64,000 bases of DNA from an uncultured Acidobacteriota bacterium (GTDB lineage Bacteria; Acidobacteriota; Terriglobia; Acidiferrales; UBA7541): assembly GCA_963788725.1 (NCBI GenBank), contig CAWBHT010000003.1, forward strand, positions 224,354 through 288,353, given 5' to 3'. Positions within the stretch are counted from its first letter, which is position 1. The number at the start of each line of letters is the position of its first letter. The position numbers and the translations under genes were made by a program. A model generated the notes under the pieces. The model saw only the letters and a program-made list of their open reading frames with translations. It was not told the origin of the DNA and ran no database searches. Of the stretch, positions 52,859 to 63,335 are shown in pieces.

Positions 52859-53132
52859 GAAGTTAGAGGAAGTTTAAGCTGCTCGTTTTGTTAAGGATAT
52901 GTGATTCGTATGTATCCGATGACTAAAGCCGGGCTCGCATAACTGATATGGATTATCCATAGCATCGTAAAATTTAGATTTGCGGCGAGCGAAGCGCGGC
53001 CCTTGTAAGGCGCTATGGATAGTTATGGGAGTTGGTCTAAGGAGATATCGAGACAAGATCAGTTTGAAATTGCGCGTCCCTTAAGCGGATCGAGCCTTTC
53101 GGGTGATGCGAAAACCTAGCACGCCTAAACAC

Positions 53133-53163
53133 AAAACGGCGGAGAGCTTTCACTCTCCGCCGT
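53133..53163 (-). terminator. Intrinsic terminator after TonB receptor 2
   Basis: ACGGCGGAGAG/CTCTCCGCCGT stem plus an A4 tract. Confidence 0.8.
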
Positions 53164-53189
53164 CGAGTAGAGGACTAGTTAAGGTGCGT

Positions 53190-56100
53190 TCAGAACGATA
53201 GCTTTACCCCGAATTCGGCTTGACGCGGAACTGCATACCAGTTCACGCCGGACGATGAGCCTGGCGTAATCAGGTTGGTGCGGCCGAGAGGACCATGCGC
53301 GGTTGTGCCGTTTGCGGAACCAATCGAGCCGGTGAGCACACCACTCAGCGTGTTACCGAACGGATCGTAGTTTTGAACGTTAAAGACGTTGAATAGGGCG
53401 ATCTGTGGCTCGATGACCACACGTTCCGGGACACCATGGAACACTTTGGCTGGACGAAGTTCCCACGATACATGGGCATCGAAGGTGAACACCGGAGAAA
53501 CGCCGACCTGACCGGCTGGCGCTAGCGCCAGGCTAGGAGTAACCGCACCGAGGGCGGTCAGTTGGGCGGAAGTGAACAAGCCTGCGGTGACCAGGGCAGA
53601 GCCGGCGGGTGTGAGTTGTCCCGCGGAGTTCGCGTTGTACGCGCCGATGAATTTGTTTATGTCGGATGCCTTAATGCTGCGGCCGAAGGAGCCGAAGTTC
53701 GATCCCGGGACGGGGTCGCCCACAGTGCCGTCGCCAGTGACATCGGAGAGGAAGATTTCTCCAGGGTTACCTGATTGCGGCAGCTTCAGTGTGAGGGGAG
53801 CAGCCGTGGCCCAATGCGCAGTAGTGGCAATCCTGGTGGCGAAAGGCAGATCCAGAACAGCGCCAACCGCGACTTGGTGAGTGCGGTCCAGACCAGCGGG
53901 GCCAAAGTAGCGCAGCGGATTGTTGAAGTCGAGTGCATTGTTGACGAAATCCTGATCCTGCGCCAAAGAGTCGAAGCGCGAGAGGGTATAAGAAGCGATC
54001 AGGTTGACGTGCTTCACGCCAGGAAGCGGATTGTTCAAGTGCGATTTTAACGAAACAAGCAGGCCATCGTAGGTGGAGCGGCCGACTGGCATGTTCATTT
54101 CGTTCTGACCAACGGTGGCGTTAATGCCCGGGAAGGCGCAGGTGGGGCAAGGAGCTCCGCCGGCGAAGTCGAAGCCAGAATCAACGCCGTTGCCGGCGAA
54201 GTCGGCGATGGTCGCTCCGGCAGCAATGGCGCAGTTGATGGAAGCGGCATCGAAACCGGCGCCGCAACCGAAACCGGTGTTCGTGGCGGAAATCGCGGCC
54301 TGCGCGTTTGGAACGTTGAGGAAGCGAGCGTCGCCGACCTTGTTGGTGTCGATACCGAGCAAATAATGAAGGCCAATGTTACGAACGAAATCCACGCTGA
54401 GCACGGTGCCGTGCCCCAGTTGGTGCTGAACGCCAAAGTTCATCTGCACAGAACGTGGAGAAACGTAATCAGGGCTGAACATCTGGATGCCATTCAAATT
54501 GTTGCCCTGAAGAGTAGTGCCGATGAAGTTGGGGTTGGCACTGGGGCCCGCAGCTAAGATCGCGGCTTGATAAGCCTGTTGATCGGCGGAGATCTGAGCG
54601 AATGCGCTACCAACGGAGGCACCGCAGTACGGGACGCCGCCGGCCTGACTATCTGCAACACCTGTGACCGGGCCCGTGGCTGATCCACCGAAGCATGGCG
54701 CAGCTTCGGCAAGGAAAAGTCCGCTCTGCAAACGGCCGGGGCGGTCAAACAGAACGTTGTTCCAAATAGCGTTTTCGAAATAGAGGCCGCCACCGACGCG
54801 GAACACGGTCTTACCGTTCTTCCAAGGATCCCAAGCGATGCCTACTTGCGGCCCGAAGTTAAGGTTCGGCTGATTAACGCGGCGTTCGAGTCCGTGGAAA
54901 AACTGGTTATCGAATTGAGCGAGCTCGGCCACACCCGGCAGATCGCTGTCGCTGCGGCCGGTGTCGCGGCCATAGTGGAGACCTAGGGTAATGGTCAAGT
55001 TGGAGCGCGCTTTCCATTGGTCTCCGATATAAATTTCGAAACGATTGTCGTGCTGGCCGCTGCCGGGCAATCCAAACTGAGGTATCTCGGTGGAGAAGCC
55101 CTGACCATTGCCCATGAGGATGGTATCGACTGGCCAGTTCAACGGATTGGAGGCGCCTCCGGGACCGAAGGGGTTGGTATTTGCGAAGCCGCGGTTGGCG
55201 TCGTTGGATATGGACTGCACCATGGGTTGCAACCCAAAAAATTTTGCGAAGCCGCCGCCTAGAATGTGGTTAAAGGTCGAGCCGTAGCGGAGCGTGTGAC
55301 GCCCTATGGTATAGCTGCCGTCATACTTGATCTGATGGTTGGTCTGGAAAGTGTTCTGCGGGGCGAGGATGTTCGCGCCGGAGCAGAAATTTTCGCCGCC
55401 GTTGAGGCAAGTAAAGTCGCTGCCATCCGGAGTGATGTTCAGGGAAATCCCAGGAGCAGGATTCAGTAGCCCGGCAGTAGCATCGGCGATAGCGTTCCGG
55501 AATTTCAAATATTCAAAGCGGATACTGTTGGTGCTGCGTCCGATGGAGAAATCCGTGCCCAAAACGTGCGTGGGGGTATGGTCCACGTTGGCGAAAGGCT
55601 GGTAAACGCCAGGATTGAAACCACGAATGCTGAGATTCTGGTTGTAGTTGAAACGATAGAAGACAGTCCAGTTGGGCTTAACGTTCCAATCCAAGCGAGC
55701 GAGGTAATCACGCTCATTGAAGGGAGCACCGAAATTGCCGGAGAGGCCGGCGAAATCTCCATTGAGCTGCACGGGATTTGCAAGCGTTTGATCCGTGCGC
55801 TCGAAGTTGCCGTAGAAAAACAACTTGTTCTTCCAGATTGGCCCACCCAGGTCGGCACCAAATTGCTTGCGGCCGAAGGGCAAAGATTCCGGCGCGATTC
55901 GAGCGGCAGTCTGATCGCTGCGACCATAGTAGTAAGCACCGCCATGGAGGTCATTGGTGCCAGACTTGGTTACGACATTGACCGTCCCTGAAGATGTCAA
56001 CTCGGTGGAAAGATCGAGGGTCGATTGGCTGACCTGGAACTCCTGGATCGCGCTCTGAGCAATGTTCTGCGTCACAGTGCCAACGGTCTCATCGCTGATG

Positions 56101-56732
56101 TCCACGCCATCCACTTCAATGCGAGCGGAACGCCCAAAACGTCCACCGAACGAGAGCGAAGAGTAGCCATTCTTGGTGGGATCGAACGTTGAGCCATCCT
56201 GAATCTGAACTCCCGGCTCGAGCGTGGCCAGGTCGAGGAAGTTGCGGCCGTTGATTGGTAGCTGGTCGATATCAGCGGCGGTTAAAACGTCCTGCACGGT
56301 GGCCTGCTCGGAGTTGACCTGGATGGCGGACCCGGTCACCTCGATGACACTGGCGGAGTTCCCGAGTTCGAGCTTGGCGTTGACGGTTGTAATCTGACCG
56401 ACCTGGACCGGAATGGTGATCAGGTAGGTTTTGAAGTTCTTCGCTTCGACTCGGATGGTGTAAGTGCTGGGAGCCAGCGCACCGGAGGTAAACGTTCCGG
56501 AACCGCCGGTTTGAAACACCTGGTTTACGCCGGTATCTTTATTGGAGATGGTTACTTTCGCGTCTGGTATGACCGCTCCTTGAGGATCAATTACGGTGCC
56601 GGTGACGCTGCCCGTGGAGACCGAGGCTTGGGCGCGAGCAGAACCCGGAGTGATGACGAGCAGTGTGAGGGTCACAAACAAGACCGCCAGCGCGACACGA
56701 CCAGCCAAAAGCGTATAGCGTGAGTAGTGCAT
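53190..56732 (-). CDS. Oar-like TonB-dependent receptor (intact)
   Basis: GGAGGA RBS, signal peptide, GTVIDPQGAVIPDA, LPINGRNFLDL, IQEFQV, TKSGTN, LGGPIWKNKLFF, PRQAEFGVKLSF. Confidence 0.92.
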   Translation of the reverse strand: MHYSRYTLLAGRVALAVLFVTLTLLVITPGSARAQASVSTGSVTGTVIDPQGAVIPDAKVTISNKDTGVNQVFQTGGSGTFTSGALAPSTYTIRVEAKNFKTYLITIPVQVGQITTVNAKLELGNSASVIEVTGSAIQVNSEQATVQDVLTAADIDQLPINGRNFLDLATLEPGVQIQDGSTFDPTKNGYSSLSFGGRFGRSARIEVDGVDISDETVGTVTQNIAQSAIQEFQVSQSTLDLSTELTSSGTVNVVTKSGTNDLHGGAYYYGRSDQTAARIAPESLPFGRKQFGADLGGPIWKNKLFFYGNFERTDQTLANPVQLNGDFAGLSGNFGAPFNERDYLARLDWNVKPNWTVFYRFNYNQNLSIRGFNPGVYQPFANVDHTPTHVLGTDFSIGRSTNSIRFEYLKFRNAIADATAGLLNPAPGISLNITPDGSDFTCLNGGENFCSGANILAPQNTFQTNHQIKYDGSYTIGRHTLRYGSTFNHILGGGFAKFFGLQPMVQSISNDANRGFANTNPFGPGGASNPLNWPVDTILMGNGQGFSTEIPQFGLPGSGQHDNRFEIYIGDQWKARSNLTITLGLHYGRDTGRSDSDLPGVAELAQFDNQFFHGLERRVNQPNLNFGPQVGIAWDPWKNGKTVFRVGGGLYFENAIWNNVLFDRPGRLQSGLFLAEAAPCFGGSATGPVTGVADSQAGGVPYCGASVGSAFAQISADQQAYQAAILAAGPSANPNFIGTTLQGNNLNGIQMFSPDYVSPRSVQMNFGVQHQLGHGTVLSVDFVRNIGLHYLLGIDTNKVGDARFLNVPNAQAAISATNTGFGCGAGFDAASINCAIAAGATIADFAGNGVDSGFDFAGGAPCPTCAFPGINATVGQNEMNMPVGRSTYDGLLVSLKSHLNNPLPGVKHVNLIASYTLSRFDSLAQDQDFVNNALDFNNPLRYFGPAGLDRTHQVAVGAVLDLPFATRIATTAHWATAAPLTLKLPQSGNPGEIFLSDVTGDGTVGDPVPGSNFGSFGRSIKASDINKFIGAYNANSAGQLTPAGSALVTAGLFTSAQLTALGAVTPSLALAPAGQVGVSPVFTFDAHVSWELRPAKVFHGVPERVVIEPQIALFNVFNVQNYDPFGNTLSGVLTGSIGSANGTTAHGPLGRTNLITPGSSSGVNWYAVPRQAEFGVKLSF

Positions 56733-56909
56733 CACTCCTCCAGAAAAATTCAGTTTTTTGGTTCCCCATTGTTCAGAGAGACTCACTCGCGTCCCCCAAC
56801 CCGGTGCGGGTTGCTCGCGAGGCAAACAATGTCACTCGACCTGACCGTCTGTCCCGGGATCAACCGCCGGGCACCCTGTGAGTGGCAACTTTCCGTTTGA
56901 TAGGCATAG

Positions 56910-56926
56910 TGCAAACGGGCTGCCAA
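56910..56926 (-). promoter_or_regulatory. sigma54 (-24/-12) promoter of TonB receptor 2
   Basis: Minus strand TTGGCAGCCCGTTTGCA (GG-N10-GC); adjacent TATCAAGCCGTTA (56929-56941) matches the IHF consensus WATCAANNNNTTR. Confidence 0.72.
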
Positions 56927-57074
56927 CATAACGGCTTGATAACTCACATAATTTGTATCGTTTATCTAAATCAATGCGAAGAGTGATGTCGAGGCATACG
57001 AAGTTCGGTACGTCAATACTGAAATCTGTATATAGAGGCGGAGAACAGACCGATCTTGACGGCTATAAGGCTGG

Positions 57075-57791
57075 TCAGCTTGGATGTCGAATGCGCTCGG
57101 CCAGTGCACGGGCGCGTTGGCGACCGATTTCGACAAAGCGGGAATCGGCGGCGATCTGGTCGAGGGTGGTGAGTGCGCGTTGCGGCTCCGGGAGGAGCTT
57201 GCGATTGAGCTCGGTCTCGAACTGGAGAAGGGCGTCGTTGATGCCGAGGCGATCGTACTTCATTCGGCGCTCCAGGAGCATGAGCAGCTCCTGTTGGCGC
57301 GCGAGGCCCTCGAAGATCTGCAGTAGCTGGCTAGCGGGGGCGCTTAGCGTGTAGTTGAATTTTGCCTCATAAGCCTGAGCGCCTTGTTCCCACCGGAAGG
57401 TCTTCTCGCCGAGGTTGGCGATTTTACGGTGGACGTCCAGGTCCTGGCCCTGAAAGTGGTTGAGTTCGCCGGCCAGTTCAAACATTTTGGCGCGGAGCGG
57501 GGCACCGACTTCGAATTGTAGTTTCTCGGGATCTTCGTCGAGCTGACGGATGTCGTAGGTGGCCTGATCGGCGTCTTCGCGAACAGTGATTTCGATGAAC
57601 TCGGGCGCGCTGGACTTGAAGATGCGGCGGAAGGTGAGCTGTGCGGCGGGAGAGGCTGAGTGCGACGCTGATACGTTCACCGACTTGGGAATGCCGCTCG
57701 ATCCAGACGCTGCCGCCAGGCACGATACAAACACCAAAATCAGCAGGGTTCCCGCAGCGCTCCAGGCAAGTTTTAGGTAGGCACGTTTCAT
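57075..57791 (-). CDS. Exported hypothetical protein
   Basis: Hydrophobic N-terminus; FKSSAPEF, IANLGEKTF, KYDRLG; directly downstream of ruvC. Confidence 0.75.
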   Translation of the reverse strand: MKRAYLKLAWSAAGTLLILVFVSCLAAASGSSGIPKSVNVSASHSASPAAQLTFRRIFKSSAPEFIEITVREDADQATYDIRQLDEDPEKLQFEVGAPLRAKMFELAGELNHFQGQDLDVHRKIANLGEKTFRWEQGAQAYEAKFNYTLSAPASQLLQIFEGLARQQELLMLLERRMKYDRLGINDALLQFETELNRKLLPEPQRALTTLDQIAADSRFVEIGRQRARALAERIRHPS

Positions 57792-57798
57792 AGCGCGA

Positions 57799-58419
57799 TT
57801 AGATGCCCGTGGCGCGGATTCGTGTTTCTTTGCCAAGCGAACCCCTGCGAATGGTGCGAACCGGCTTGGTCAAGACTTTGGGATCCGGCAGCGCGAACCG
57901 CTGTCGGGCATATTCTGTTTGGAGGTGGCAGAGCGCGACCGCCAGGGCATCAGCGGCGTCGGATGGTTCCGGTAGTTCCGGCATAGAGAGAAGCGCCTGA
58001 ACCATCACCTGCATCTGGCGTTTGTCTGCATGACCATAGCCCGCGACCGAGGCCTTTACTTCCCGTGGGGAGTAACTGTGAACGACGATTTCGTGCTGGG
58101 CGGCGGCCAGGAGGACCACGCCGCGAACTTCGGCGAGGCGGAGTGCGGTGCGGACGTTGAGGGAGCTGAAAATGGATTCGACGGCCATCGCTGTGGGGGA
58201 AAATTCTCGGATCAGCGAGCAGAGAAGTTCGTGAATATCCTGAAGAGAAGCGCCGGCGGATTCTTTCTGGCGTTTCGTGGAGGCGCGGAAGGCGCCATAG
58301 CGGAGAATTACGTGGCGGCGGCCATCGCTTTCGATGACCGCGTAGCCCGTAGGGCCGGCCGAGGCGGGGTCCAAGCCGAGTATGCGGACATAGCCGTTGG
58401 CGGCGTGGGGGTGCGTCAT
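57799..58419 (-). CDS. ruvC: Holliday junction resolvase
   Basis: ILGLDP..TGYAV, AVESIF, LAEVRGV, YSPREVKASVAGYGHADK, DAADALAVALCH. Confidence 0.95.
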   Translation of the reverse strand: MTHPHAANGYVRILGLDPASAGPTGYAVIESDGRRHVILRYGAFRASTKRQKESAGASLQDIHELLCSLIREFSPTAMAVESIFSSLNVRTALRLAEVRGVVLLAAAQHEIVVHSYSPREVKASVAGYGHADKRQMQVMVQALLSMPELPEPSDAADALAVALCHLQTEYARQRFALPDPKVLTKPVRTIRRGSLGKETRIRATGI

Positions 58420-58570
58420 GGATTTGTAGTCTACGGCGAAGGGCAGGACGCTGGGTAGACTTTTGTGGCGGCGAGTGCGCGTTGTGAAATGGAATCGGAC
58501 AATCACAAGATCTTGCGATGTTTCCGAGATTGGGCGCAGCGATGCCGCGCACCTACCTGAGATCTAGGAA

Positions 58571-59326
58571 TTAGTTGGCGCCGACGGCCGCTTGGATTTC
58601 GCTCTCGTCGATGTCGAAATTAGCGTAGACGTGTTGAACGTCGTCGTGTTCTTCCAAGGCTTCGACGAGGCGCACCATTTGCGTGGCTTGGGCGCCGGTG
58701 AGCTTGACGTAATTTTGCGGCACCATGCCAACCTCGGCGGAGGCGGGAGTGATACCGGCTTTCACGAGTGCGTCCTTTACTTTGTCGAGAGCTTCGGGCG
58801 GCGTGGTTACGTACCAGCCGGAGCCATCATCCTTCAGATCGTCGGCGCCAGCTTCGAGAACGATATCCATCATTTTGTCTTCGGTAGCGAGTTCCTTGGG
58901 TACGACAATTTCGCCTTTACGATGGAACATCCAGCCGACGGCTCCGGCCTCGGCCATGTTGCCGCCATTTTTGCTCATCAGATGACGGAATTCGCCGACC
59001 ACGCGATTGCGGTTGGTGGTGACGACCTGAATGAGCAGACCCACCCCACCGGGACCATAGCCTTCAAACGTGACTTCTTCATATTGCTCGCCTTCGAGCT
59101 GGCCCGTGCCGCGCAGGATGGCGCGCTCGATGTTTTCGTTGGGCATGTTCTCGTTTTTTCCAGCGAGAATGGCGGTGCGAAGACGGGGATTGGAATTCGG
59201 ATCGCCGCCGCCGATACGCGCGGCGATGGTGATTTCGCGAATCACGCGGGTGAAAACGCGGCCGCGTTTGGCGTCAGTGGCCGCCTTTTTGTGCTTGATC
59301 GTGGCCCATTTTGAGTGCCCTGACAT
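58571..59326 (-). CDS. yebC: YebC/PmpR family protein
   Basis: MSGHSKWATIKHKK, NPRLR, FEGYGPGG, LEEHDDVQHVYAN. Confidence 0.96.
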   Translation of the reverse strand: MSGHSKWATIKHKKAATDAKRGRVFTRVIREITIAARIGGGDPNSNPRLRTAILAGKNENMPNENIERAILRGTGQLEGEQYEEVTFEGYGPGGVGLLIQVVTTNRNRVVGEFRHLMSKNGGNMAEAGAVGWMFHRKGEIVVPKELATEDKMMDIVLEAGADDLKDDGSGWYVTTPPEALDKVKDALVKAGITPASAEVGMVPQNYVKLTGAQATQMVRLVEALEEHDDVQHVYANFDIDESEIQAAVGAN

Positions 59327-59601
59327 GATGCATCCCTCGTCGTAGATTGCGGCCGCGCGGCTGATCGAAGATGCTAGATCGAACCGGCAAGCAGCCAAAT
59401 TTGGTGAAACTTCAGCGGCCCGGCACCATAGGAAACGGCGCTTCGAAGGCCAACATTTCACTGTGCGGAGACTTACGGTGTACCGCCTACCCTGCGGAAC
59501 GAGAGCAGTTTAGCATAGCCGATGCTGTCGGGAAACGGGGGTATACTTCGCGACGATGAGACGATTGCGCAGAAAAGATCGCGATTTGCGCGGGCATTGC
59601 A

Positions 59602-60879
59602 ATGGTTGAGCCGCGGCTTCGTGTGCTATCGATCGGGCAGCAGCCTGCCCAGTATCAGGCGCCCCTGTTTCGCCGGATGGCGGCTCGCAACGACGTAGAC
59701 TTGCACGTGGCGTACTGCACTTTGCGGGGGGCGGAAGCGGCGCACGATCCCGAATTTGGCGCGACGGTACAGTGGGATGTGCCGTTGCTGGATGGATATC
59801 CGTGGGTGCAGGTGCCGAACCGCGGGTCCGGCGCCGAGAGTTTTTGGGGGCTGCGGAACTCAGGTCTGTGGCGAATCATTCGCCAGGGGCATTTCGATGC
59901 GGTGATTTGCTATGTTAGCTATCGACGCGCCACGTTTTGGATTGCGCGCATTGCAGCAAAGCTTTCGGGAGCGGCCTTCCTGTTTGGCACCGATACGACG
60001 ACGCTCAATCCGCTGGATGGCCGGATGTGGAAGAGATCGGTGAAGCGGGTGATGTGGCCCTTGTTGTTTCGGCTGGCTGACCAAATCATCGTGCCATCTT
60101 CGGGGAGCCGTGAACTGATGTTGTCACTCGGACTTCCAGATGAGCGCGTCACGATCACGCCTTATGTCGTGGACAACGATTGGTGGCTGGCGCAATCGGC
60201 GAAAGTGGACAGAGCGGCGGTGCGCGCATCGTGGGGTGCCAGCGACACGGATGGCGTAGTGCTTTTTTGTGCGAAGTTGCAGCCGTGGAAGCGTCCTTTC
60301 GATTTGCTGGAGGCTTTCGCGAAGGCGGAACTTTCTGACACGCTGCTGGTCTTTGCGGGCGCGGGTCCACTGCGGGCGGAGCTGGAGGCGCGAGCGGTTT
60401 CGCTGGGAATGGCGAAGCGCGTGCGTTTTCTGGGTTTCGCGAACCAGTCGCAATTGCCGGCGATCTATACCGCTGCGGATCTGATGGTTTTGCCTTCGGT
60501 GTACGACGCATTCGGTGTGGTGGTGAACGAAGCGATGTTGTGCGGCTGCGCGGTGGCGGCCAGCGATCATGTGGGCGCGGCGCGAGATCTAATAGCGCAG
60601 GGCCAGACCGGATTCGTGTACCCGTGCGGCGACGTCGATGCACTAGCGGAGGTGTTGCGCCAAGCCTTCCGGGACCGACCGAAACTGAATGAGATTGAGC
60701 GCATGGCGCGGGCGCAAATGGAAACATGGTCGCCGCGCGAGAATATTCAGGCGACAGTGGAGGCGGTGGCCCGCGGCATCGCGCGATTGCGGCGCGGCAA
60801 GCGGGTGGCGGCTCCGTCAGATACTCCTGCGAGTAGCGTTAATGCGACGCCGGGCATTTCGCACAAGCGTGCGGAATGA
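59602..60879 (+). CDS. GT4 family glycosyltransferase
   Basis: YQAPLFR, KLQPWKRP, GFANQSQLP, VLPSVYDAFGVVVNEAM. Confidence 0.92.
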   Translation: MVEPRLRVLSIGQQPAQYQAPLFRRMAARNDVDLHVAYCTLRGAEAAHDPEFGATVQWDVPLLDGYPWVQVPNRGSGAESFWGLRNSGLWRIIRQGHFDAVICYVSYRRATFWIARIAAKLSGAAFLFGTDTTTLNPLDGRMWKRSVKRVMWPLLFRLADQIIVPSSGSRELMLSLGLPDERVTITPYVVDNDWWLAQSAKVDRAAVRASWGASDTDGVVLFCAKLQPWKRPFDLLEAFAKAELSDTLLVFAGAGPLRAELEARAVSLGMAKRVRFLGFANQSQLPAIYTAADLMVLPSVYDAFGVVVNEAMLCGCAVAASDHVGAARDLIAQGQTGFVYPCGDVDALAEVLRQAFRDRPKLNEIERMARAQMETWSPRENIQATVEAVARGIARLRRGKRVAAPSDTPASSVNATPGISHKRAE

Positions 60880-62039
60880 AGCTGCTTATCTACTCGCACT
60901 CGTTTGCGCCCAACATCGGCGGAATCGAAACAATCGTCATGTCGTTGGCGCGCGGGTTGGCCGGATGGCAGGACAGTAATGGACGGCGCTTTGAGATCAC
61001 CCTGGCTACGCAGACGCCGGCGCGGGAATGCGATGACCAGGATTTGCCTTTTGCTGTTGTTCGGCAACCGCGATTTGGCCGCTTGTGGGGTTTGATCCGG
61101 GCCGCGGATGTAATCCATGTGGCAGGTCCGGCATTGGCGCCGCTGCTTTTGGCAAAGCTGGCGCGGAAGCCATTCGTCGTCGAACACCACGGATTTCAGA
61201 CCATTTGCCCGAATGGTCAGTTGGTCATCGAACCCTCGAACACGCCTTGCCCCGGCCATTTTATGGCGGGCAACCACGGCGCGTGTTTGCGCTGCCAGCG
61301 GGTACGGGGTTGGCCAGCATCGGTCAAGCTCTGGGCGCTAACCTTTGTGCGGCGCATGCTCTCGCGGAGGGCCTCGGCCAATCTTGCGCCGACAAGGTGG
61401 TTGCAGGGATTGCTCCATCTGCCGAACAGCATGTACGCGCCGCATGGGTTGGAATCTGGAACGCTGCAAGCGGTGCGCAAGCAAACGTTGGCGGAGCCGC
61501 TGGTGATCGCATTTCAAGGACGGCTGGTAAGCACAAAGGGTGCGAGTCTGCTGCTGGAAGCGGTGGAAATCTTGGGAAGCCAGAAGCACAGCTTCAAAGT
61601 GCTGATTGTGGGAGACGGGCCCGAACGCGCGGCGCTGCAAAAGCGAGTGGAAGAGTCGAAATTAGCGGATCAAGTGCAACTTTTCGGAAGCCTGCCGCCC
61701 GCAGAGCTGGAAGCAGTGTTGTCCGGCGCCGATGTTGTGGTGGTTCCCTCACTAGGAGGAGAAGTCTTTGGCCTAGTCGTTGCGGAAAATATGCTGCGAG
61801 GCATCCCGGTGGTGGCGTCGAACCTTGGCGCCCTTGCCGAGGTCATCGGCGATGCGGGACTCACGTTCCGAACGGGCAGCGCCGCGGAGCTAGCCCAGGA
61901 ATTGGCAAAATTGCTGATGGATCGAGAACTCGGGCGGCGCCTCGGCAATCTGGCGCGGCAACGCGTTCTACACGAATACTCCAGGAATTCGATGATCGAA
62001 GGGCACGCTCGAATTTACGAGCGGATCATCGCGGACTGA
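60876..62039 (+). CDS. GT4 family glycosyltransferase
   Basis: PNIGGIE, GRLVSTKG, VGDGPER, EVFGLVVAENM, PVVASNLG; ATGA-coupled to the previous gene. Confidence 0.92.
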   Translation: MKLLIYSHSFAPNIGGIETIVMSLARGLAGWQDSNGRRFEITLATQTPARECDDQDLPFAVVRQPRFGRLWGLIRAADVIHVAGPALAPLLLAKLARKPFVVEHHGFQTICPNGQLVIEPSNTPCPGHFMAGNHGACLRCQRVRGWPASVKLWALTFVRRMLSRRASANLAPTRWLQGLLHLPNSMYAPHGLESGTLQAVRKQTLAEPLVIAFQGRLVSTKGASLLLEAVEILGSQKHSFKVLIVGDGPERAALQKRVEESKLADQVQLFGSLPPAELEAVLSGADVVVVPSLGGEVFGLVVAENMLRGIPVVASNLGALAEVIGDAGLTFRTGSAAELAQELAKLLMDRELGRRLGNLARQRVLHEYSRNSMIEGHARIYERIIAD

Positions 62040-62197
62040 CCCGAGTTTGTGCCGGGTCAGTGCCGGATGCTCCGAAGCGGCTGTAATGTCGTTCATCGGA
62101 CACGAATTCACTTACGATGACGCCCCTTCTCGCGTAGTCCAACTCGGAGACACATTAGCCATCACAGCCTGGCCCCGATCGGCCCAATTGGTGCTCC

Positions 62198-63294
62198 TTA
62201 GTGCGATCCGCCCTGGTCCAGGCTTCGCCACTCCCACCCCATATTGTCGTCGGTAATGATCAGCCGCGGTCGCAATCGCGCGTTCAGAGACTCGCTGCTT
62301 TCCATGCCCCTCTCGTTTGGCGGTTTGGTGAGCGTGTCTACAAAGCTTTCATAACTGGCCAGTGTCCGTTCCGACGCAGGATCCTCCGGGTCAAACAGCA
62401 ATTTCCCGTCGATCCGATACGCTCTTAGCATCGCCATCATCCGTTCGCGGCTGTACTGCAGCGGAGCGTCACTTACCGCTAGAAAATTCATAACTCGCAG
62501 CCCATACGGAAAAACGTCCAGGCCCGTAGCCACGACCTCATCCGATCCGGTCGTGTTGTAGAAATAAACTCCACCGGTCAGGAGGTGTTCACGGACGATC
62601 TTCAGATAGTCCACGGATAACAAGTCCGAACTGTGATCCCGCCAAAAAAATGACGTGTTCTGAACGATCGTGTCATACCGAGCTTGAGGATGAGCCAGCA
62701 GCCACCGTCTGCCGTCGTCTACGTAGATGTGCACTCTCGGGTTTCGAAGCAGCGACTGCACCACCGGATATCGCGCGATCAATTGCAAGTAACCCGTTCC
62801 AAGCTCCCCAGAGTCGACCCGATAATATTCGCCACATACACCAGGCTCACACCACGTCCAGCCAAGTCGTCCGCCTCTACTCCCAGTTCGCACAACAAAG
62901 GCAGCACCGACCCAAGCATTGCCGACACCACAAAAAATAGCGGCGCCGCTAACAGGAATTCAATATTCAGGGCTTTCAGCCACGCCACTGCCGGGGGCAG
63001 ATACGCCGATACACCGCCGGCTGTCAGCATCGATATACCGACAACCTTGGCAATTTCGGTCGCACTTTTCTTTTCCGTGAGCCTTCCGGCGATAAATGAG
63101 CCGCCTGCGATGCCCGCGAGGCACGTCGATAACAAGAGTGCAAACATCGGCGCGCGGTCTGTCGATGCCAGCACGAACACGCGAAACCATAAAATCTCAA
63201 ACCCTAACGCGATGAATCCACACAGACCGGCAATCCATAGCGCGGCGCGCAAAGAAAGCTCGGCGCCCGCCGTCGGCGAACCGTTAACTTGCAT
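62198..63294 (-). pseudogene. Remnant of a membrane-fused spermidine-synthase-like methyltransferase
   Basis: TM fragment (GFIALGFEILWFR...VYVANIIGSTLGS) joined out of frame at ~62795 to the C-terminal part (GYLQLIARYP, DDGRRWL, YDTIVQN, IITDDNMGWEW); the intervening SAM-binding region is missing. Confidence 0.7.
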
Positions 63295-63335
63295 GGACCG
63301 CTGTCTATAATTAGACCTGGATGAATTAGACCTCG

